Assembly (NCBI GenBank): GCA_050301755.1
Contig: JBNKZS010000002.1
Coordinates: 8,534-72,533, forward strand
Length of the DNA stretch: 64,000 nucleotides
Direction: 5' to 3'
Origin: Mariprofundaceae bacterium
GTDB taxonomy: Bacteria > Pseudomonadota > Zetaproteobacteria > Mariprofundales > Mariprofundaceae
In this document: positions 59,025 to 64,000 of the stretch, one piece after another
How positions within the stretch are numbered: the first letter of the stretch is position 1
Layout of the letters: every line of letters begins with the position of its first letter
Notes under the pieces: generated by a model
Databases searched by the model: none
What the model saw: only the letters and a program-made list of their open reading frames with translations
What the model was told of the DNA's origin: nothing
Made by a program: the position numbers and the translations under genes

Positions 59025-59816
59025 ATGCCTCTGCTTGCCCATATCACTGACACACATCTCTTTGCTGATCCTGATGGTCAGCTAAAGGGGCTTTCCACAC
59101 GTGACAGTTTTCTGGCAGTGACGGCCAAAGCATGTGAAATGCACTCTGACTGTGATGCCATCATTTTGGGTGGCGACCTTTCTCAGGATCAGTCCAAAGA
59201 TGCCTATCGTTCGATTGCCCGGGTGATGCTGGATTGCGATGCTCCGGTCCATGCCATTGTCGGCAACCATGACGATCCTGCAGTCATGGAAGAGGCTCTC
59301 AATCCCACGGTTCGTTTTAAGCACAACACCTCTGCATTCCGGATAGGCAATTGGCAGATTGTGCTGCTCAACAGCCAAGATGCCGGAATGGTCTCCGGGC
59401 GTGTCTCTGAGGCAGACCTTGAAAAGCTTGATGCGTTAATGGCTGAAGGTAGAGATCTTCATCAGCTGATTGTCATGCATCATCACCCTGTCCCGGTTGG
59501 CAGTGCATGGATAGATAAGATCATGGTCACAAACAGCGCTGATTTCTGGAAAGTGGCAGACCGCCATGCCTCGCTTCGAGGGGTTCTCTTCGGCCATGTG
59601 CATCAGGAGTATGACACGATGCGCGACAATGTTCGCTTGCTGGGAAGCCCGTCTACAACCGTCCAGTTCAAACCCGGCGAAGATGATTTCCTGATGGATG
59701 GCCTCTCTCCCGGCTATCGCTGGCTTAAGCTGCTTGATGACGGTTCGATCGAAACCGGTGTTGAACGCATTGAGGGGTTCATTCCCGACGACCTTTTAGA
59801 CCTTACTGGTTATTGA
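59025..59816 (+). CDS. cpdA: 3',5'-cyclic-nucleotide phosphodiesterase (CpdA-type metallophosphoesterase)
   Basis: 263 aa with the motifs HITDTH, GGDLSQD, GNHD, MHHHP and GHVH. Confidence 0.8.
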   Translation: MPLLAHITDTHLFADPDGQLKGLSTRDSFLAVTAKACEMHSDCDAIILGGDLSQDQSKDAYRSIARVMLDCDAPVHAIVGNHDDPAVMEEALNPTVRFKHNTSAFRIGNWQIVLLNSQDAGMVSGRVSEADLEKLDALMAEGRDLHQLIVMHHHPVPVGSAWIDKIMVTNSADFWKVADRHASLRGVLFGHVHQEYDTMRDNVRLLGSPSTTVQFKPGEDDFLMDGLSPGYRWLKLLDDGSIETGVERIEGFIPDDLLDLTGY

Positions 59817-59884
59817 TCCGCAATAAGTTTTAATTTCTGGGCAGCCAATGACTGCTGTTGGCCGAAAGAAGACGTTTTTTTTAA

Positions 59885-60997
59885 TTAATCGATCGTTCTT
59901 AGAGCGAAAGAGAGCGCTTCGCCTGGGTCATCACCGGTGCAGAAGACGGTGTGCCAGACACAACTTTCAAGATCACGTTGCGGCATCAGCAGGACGTCGC
60001 CGGGCTTGAGGATATAGCCGTAACCACGGTCAAACAGATGTTTGATGAACTCCGGACAACGATCCATCAGTGCTTCGGAAAGCTCATGGTCAAACTCATC
60101 CATGTGCGCTGAGAGTGCGGCACGATCTTCAGCCAGTTCACGCAGGGCATTCTGTGCATCGATGTCCGGTAATACCTTGGCCAGAGCCGCCTCCGATTCG
60201 GGCAGCGCCAGAAAGGCCTGAATCTCATCAATCAGCACGGGCTTGGCCATGGCCAGCCAGCCGGTAGAGCCGCTCATCTGGGCAAATACAACACCGAGGT
60301 GCCCGCGCTCCACGTCATGGTGCATCTGAGCCCCGCCGTTGGGAGCGTTGAAGTAGATGATACGTTCGGTGTAGGCGGGCCTGGAACCGACCATCTCCGC
60401 CAGCAGCATGTTGAGCTCCGGGTGTTCGGTGATAGCGGCCGATTCAGGGAAGATGGCATCGGTTAGTTCCGATGCGAGCATCTGCCGCTCCGGATCGGCT
60501 GCCACGTCCTCATACCCCTCCATGCCGAAGGAGAAACGGAAGCGCATGGATGCATCGTTGTCATCGAATGAGAGCCACGATGCCTTGCACCACAAATCCT
60601 CTCCGATCACCTCTCCATCCTTCTCGGCATCGAAAAAGAGCTTCTCAATACACTGCTCGTCGTGCTCTTCGAAAACAGCGGAGAGAAGAGGGAACTTCGG
60701 ATTCAGGCGGGAGGCATAGGGTTCGGCTTCGATCTGAGGAGCGATCTCTTCACCCTTGAGTGTCCGCTCCATCAGCTTGTGCGATTGCTCGAGATCGGCA
60801 CTGTAGCGATCTATCACATCAGAGAGGATGTCGGGCAGCATGATGGCTTCATCATGGTTCCATTTGGCTTTAACGGTAGCTGCATCGGGCATGGAGGGGC
60901 GTTCATCTTCGCTGATCCAGCCCAGTTCAAAGCCACGGCGGAGGAGCTCATGTCGCGTGGGATCGTTATCTGAACCGCTGAACCATTGAATCGCCAT
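59885..60997 (-). CDS. Hypothetical acidic protein with a cupin/JmjC-like C-terminal half
   Basis: 370 aa. It has a candidate HxD...H triad: MHHDVERGH and GDVLLMP...VWHTVF. I recognise no family. Confidence 0.55.
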   Translation of the reverse strand: MAIQWFSGSDNDPTRHELLRRGFELGWISEDERPSMPDAATVKAKWNHDEAIMLPDILSDVIDRYSADLEQSHKLMERTLKGEEIAPQIEAEPYASRLNPKFPLLSAVFEEHDEQCIEKLFFDAEKDGEVIGEDLWCKASWLSFDDNDASMRFRFSFGMEGYEDVAADPERQMLASELTDAIFPESAAITEHPELNMLLAEMVGSRPAYTERIIYFNAPNGGAQMHHDVERGHLGVVFAQMSGSTGWLAMAKPVLIDEIQAFLALPESEAALAKVLPDIDAQNALRELAEDRAALSAHMDEFDHELSEALMDRCPEFIKHLFDRGYGYILKPGDVLLMPQRDLESCVWHTVFCTGDDPGEALSFALRTID

Positions 60998-61103
60998 GTT
61001 GAATCACCTGCCCTTTATATTCGCGTCAGGAATCCTGCCAGTCGTATGAAATTCCGGCCAATAAAAGATCGTTCTGATCTCAGGGAGTCGGGAACAGGCC
61101 GGG

Positions 61104-61706
61104 TTAGTCCGATGATTTCTTCATGCCGATGAGCTGGAAAAGCTCAAGGCGGGAGGATGGGTTTTTAAGGAAGGCGCCGGTCAGCTTCGAGGTGGTGGTC
61201 CAGGAGTTCGATTTCTGGATGCCGCGATGGCACATGCAGAAGTGTTGGCACTGGATAATGACAGCCACACCTTTCGGATTGAGTACCTCTTCAATCGCAT
61301 TGGCGATCTGCATGGTCAGCTTCTCCTGCACCTGCAGGCGCTTGGCATAACCCTCGGCCACACGTGCCAGCTTGGAGAGGCCGACAACGCGGTCTCTCGG
61401 GATATAGGCGATGTGTGCCTTGCCGACGAACGGCACCATGTGATGTTCGCAGTGGCTGTGGATATCGATGTCGGAGACAAGCACCACCTCGTCGTAGCCC
61501 TCAACCTCTTCGAAGGTCTTCAGCAGGTGGTCGCGCGGATCCTCTTTGTAGCCGGCGAAGTGTTCGTGCATGGCGGCCAGCACACGGGCCGGAGTCTCCT
61601 GCAGCCCTTCACGTTCAGGATCATCACCCAGATATTTCAGCAGTCCGCGGACATGCTTCATCGCTTCGATGTTTTCGGGATCGGTGATGTCGAAATCTTC
61701 GGTCAT
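61104..61706 (-). CDS. folE: GTP cyclohydrolase I (FolE type)
   Basis: About 200 aa from ATG 61706, with the zinc motif CEHHMVPF. The longest ORF starts at TTG 61769. Confidence 0.9.
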   Translation of the reverse strand: MTEDFDITDPENIEAMKHVRGLLKYLGDDPEREGLQETPARVLAAMHEHFAGYKEDPRDHLLKTFEEVEGYDEVVLVSDIDIHSHCEHHMVPFVGKAHIAYIPRDRVVGLSKLARVAEGYAKRLQVQEKLTMQIANAIEEVLNPKGVAVIIQCQHFCMCHRGIQKSNSWTTTSKLTGAFLKNPSSRLELFQLIGMKKSSD

Positions 61707-61800
61707 GAGGAACTCCCTTCGGCGAACTTGCCGCCACATTACTCCATCTGGCAAGGTTGCAAAACCCAAAGTTCATAGGGTTAGTGTCCAGGAGAGAGAT

Positions 61801-62391
61801 TTGATTACAGTTGATCTGCTTCGCCATGGCGAGCTTGAGGGTGGTGTGAAGTATCGCGGGCGGGTCGATGATCCGCTGACGGCAGCTGGCCGTTTGGAGA
61901 TGGAAGGTGTCTGGGATCGTGTTAAAGGCGGGGTTGACCTTATTATCTCCTCACCGTTGAGCCGTTGTCACGGTCCTGCCTCCGAGTGGGCGAAAGAGGC
62001 GGGTATCAAATGTGTTAGTGATGAGCGTATTGCCGAGATGCACTACGGCGAGTGGGAGGGGCTGACCCCGGAGGAGATCATGATGCGTTATCCGGGGATT
62101 CTGGAGAGGTGGCGAGCCGACCCTGAAAGTGTTCAGGTGCCGGGGGGCGAAAGTGTTTTGCAGCTGCACGATCGCATTGCATCGTTCTGGTCGAATCTGT
62201 GTGAAGTCCATGATGGAAAGCACCTTCTGGTGGTCGCCCACTCCGGCTCTTTGCGTATGCTCATTGCCCATCTGCTGAATGCACCGATCATCGCGACACG
62301 TCACATGCAGATGCCATACGCCTGCTGGAGTCGGGCGGCATATGATGCTTGCGCGAGCCGGTTAATCTTTCACAACCGGCCTTTCGAATGA
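61801..62391 (+). CDS. Histidine phosphatase family protein (CobC/GpmB-like)
   Basis: TTG 61801 is preceded by AGGAGAG. The N-terminus has the LLRHGE catalytic motif, with the second His in VAHSG. The annotated longer ORF (61570) runs antisense through folE. Confidence 0.75.
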   Translation: MITVDLLRHGELEGGVKYRGRVDDPLTAAGRLEMEGVWDRVKGGVDLIISSPLSRCHGPASEWAKEAGIKCVSDERIAEMHYGEWEGLTPEEIMMRYPGILERWRADPESVQVPGGESVLQLHDRIASFWSNLCEVHDGKHLLVVAHSGSLRMLIAHLLNAPIIATRHMQMPYACWSRAAYDACASRLIFHNRPFE

Positions 62392-62443
62392 CTGTTTTCG
62401 GCTGAAAGAGGAGATGCGGTTGTCAGTAAACGGTAACCCGGGC

Positions 62444-63325
62444 TCAGGCGAACTCGGGCAACAGGCTTGATTCGAAGACAGGGCCGTCGACACAGACGCG
62501 GCGATACTTCTCTTCACCCTCTTCAACGGTTTTGACCACGCAACCGGCGCAGCCGCCGATGCCGCAGGCCATATGCTCTTCAAGGCTGAGGTAGGCGGGA
62601 ATGCCGAATTCGCGACCGACCTTTGCCACGGCATGCAGCATCGGATGCGGGCCGCAGGAGAGCAGCACACAACGGGCACGATCCGCCTCGTTCAAGGCGG
62701 CCAGATAGTCGCGGGCGAGATTCGGGACATGTCCTTCATAACAGCCGTAGAGCCCCGCATTGGAGGCAAGGCGCGATGCGATGCCGCGCTCCTCCAGTGA
62801 GGCGATACCGAGAATGGCATTGCCGCCAACACCGGGAAGAATCGCCGTGCTCGGTTTCAGTGCAAACGGGAACTCGACTTCGGAACCGGCAAAGACCACC
62901 GTCGGTGCTTTACCGCGCAGGGCCATGGCGCAGAAGATCATCGGCGGAATGCCGACGCCACCGCCAATCAGGACATAACGCTTACTGGTATCGGTAAGAT
63001 CGAACGGACGGCCGATAGGACCGAGCATCGGCATGGTTTCGCCGACCTTGCGTTCACGCAGCAGGCGGGTGCCCTCGCCGATCGCCTTGATCAGCAGATC
63101 CACCGTCCCCTTTTCGGGGTCGGTCAGCATGATGGAGATCGGGCGACGCATCGGACGTTCATCGGAAACGCGAAGATGCACGAACTGGCCAGGCAGTGCC
63201 GCGGCCGCTGTTTTCGGTGCGCGTACGCGCATGACAAACTGGTCGCCGGGATGGCTTACATTGGCAAGAATCTCGGCGCTCTCTTCAAAAATCGTATTGC
63301 GGCCCTTTGTTACAGTGTTACTCAT
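62444..63325 (-). CDS. PyrK-like FAD/NAD-binding electron-transfer subunit with a C-terminal 2Fe-2S motif
   Basis: RRPISI FAD motif, GGGVGIPP, and the Cys cluster CGIGGCAGC...C. The start is uncertain (63325, 63337 or 63352), and all three options overlap the pyrC 3' end. Confidence 0.8.
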   Translation of the reverse strand: MSNTVTKGRNTIFEESAEILANVSHPGDQFVMRVRAPKTAAAALPGQFVHLRVSDERPMRRPISIMLTDPEKGTVDLLIKAIGEGTRLLRERKVGETMPMLGPIGRPFDLTDTSKRYVLIGGGVGIPPMIFCAMALRGKAPTVVFAGSEVEFPFALKPSTAILPGVGGNAILGIASLEERGIASRLASNAGLYGCYEGHVPNLARDYLAALNEADRARCVLLSCGPHPMLHAVAKVGREFGIPAYLSLEEHMACGIGGCAGCVVKTVEEGEEKYRRVCVDGPVFESSLLPEFA

Positions 63326-64000
63326 GGATGGTTCCATTCTCGAAGACAACACGGCCGGCCTTGATGGTGTGGGTCACCTGTCCGGTCATCTGTTTGCCGT
63401 GCCATGGGGTGTTTTTACCTTTCGATACCATCTTCTCGCGATCGACGGTCCATGTCGCTTCAGGATCGAAGATGGCGACATCGGCCTCGGTACCGACACT
63501 CAGGGTGCCTGAGCTCAGGCCGAGAAGTCGGGCCGGATTGCAGGTCATCTTGGCAATCAGGTCACTCATTGAGAGTACGCCGCCGCGAACCAGGTCGAGC
63601 GATACCGGCAGCATGGTCTCCAGTCCGACAATGCCGAAGGCTGCACAGGAGAGGCCGCAGCGTTTGTCATCCTCATGATGCGGTGCGTGGTCGGTGGCGA
63701 TCACTTCGATGGTACCGTCGCGAAGGCCCTCGATCACCGCCAGGCGGTCCGCTTCGGTGCGCAGTGGCGGGCTCATTTTGGCATCGACGTTGAAGCCGAG
63801 CACCTCCTCTTCGGTCAGGGCAAAGTGGTGGGGTGCCGCTTCAGTCGTCACCTTCAGCCCCTCGGCCCTGGCGTCACGTATCATCTGCACCCCGCGCTGG
63901 GAGGAGATGTGGGCGACGTGATAACGGGCATCGGCACGGCGGGTGAGCATGATGTCACGGGCGATCATGGAGTCTTCGCCTTCGACCGGCATCCCCTTCA
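63318..64000 (-). CDS. pyrC: Dihydroorotase (partial; N-terminus outside window)
   Basis: The frame is open to the window edge. It carries the amidohydrolase motif VIATDHAPHHEDDK and a C-terminal beta-sandwich. Confidence 0.88.
   Translation of the reverse strand, partial: KGMPVEGEDSMIARDIMLTRRADARYHVAHISSQRGVQMIRDARAEGLKVTTEAAPHHFALTEEEVLGFNVDAKMSPPLRTEADRLAVIEGLRDGTIEVIATDHAPHHEDDKRCGLSCAAFGIVGLETMLPVSLDLVRGGVLSMSDLIAKMTCNPARLLGLSSGTLSVGTEADVAIFDPEATWTVDREKMVSKGKNTPWHGKQMTGQVTHTIKAGRVVFENGTIHE

Overview
This is a 64-kb chromosomal segment from a Gram-negative, proteobacterial-type genome. Two hand-counted 100-nt samples gave 58% G+C (bioB) and 45% G+C (GAF-only gene). The window is almost fully coding: about 70 CDS and one tRNA. 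I saw no transposase, integrase, phage gene or CRISPR array.

Gene content in order:
- gyrB 3' end, then purM-purN.
- A minus-strand sucrose module: sps-spp-fructokinase-amylosucrase-galU.
- A divergent DUF924/MarR pair separated by a 4 x 20-bp operator-like repeat array.
- A TauE-like permease, then the rod-shape cluster mreB-mreC-mreD-mrdA-rodA.
- A candidate 35-aa membrane ORF, then yjbQ-xthA.
- Two paralogous 71-aa ORFs flanking a small lipoprotein.
- A CHASE2-TPR-Ser/Thr kinase, then lgt, uppP, sppA, a GAF-GGDEF cyclase, an SRPBCC protein and dapD.
- An M14-type (DUF2817-like) zinc peptidase plus a DUF808 membrane protein. These converge on the co-directional string argH-lipoprotein-dapC-PLP decarboxylase-GNAT/C39-like fusion-RimK-type ligase.
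- ilvC.
- Two diverged, inverted copies of a monohaem cytochrome c that bracket cNMP-binding protein-smpB-PNPOx-like-DOPA-dioxygenase-like genes.
- clpB with a sigma-32-type promoter.
- An NtrC-type two-component pair plus an exported protein, then dapA.
- A STAS / Cys-rich / GAF-only islet, low in G+C at its GAF end, then bioB.
- The regulatory PTS supercluster rpoN-hpf-ptsN-hprK-rapZ-EIIA(Man)-ptsH-ptsI.
- grxD, a BolA-like gene, tRNA(CAT), rhlB, cpdA, a cupin/JmjC-like hypothetical, folE, a histidine phosphatase, a pyrK-like gene and a partial pyrC.

The best candidate for an undescribed system is the translationally coupled GNAT-C39-like fusion plus long RimK-type ATP-grasp ligase (29684-32277). 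An M14 carboxypeptidase-like gene and a DUF808 membrane protein converge on it, and a PLP decarboxylase sits upstream. All functional calls rest on motif recognition by eye. No database search was run.
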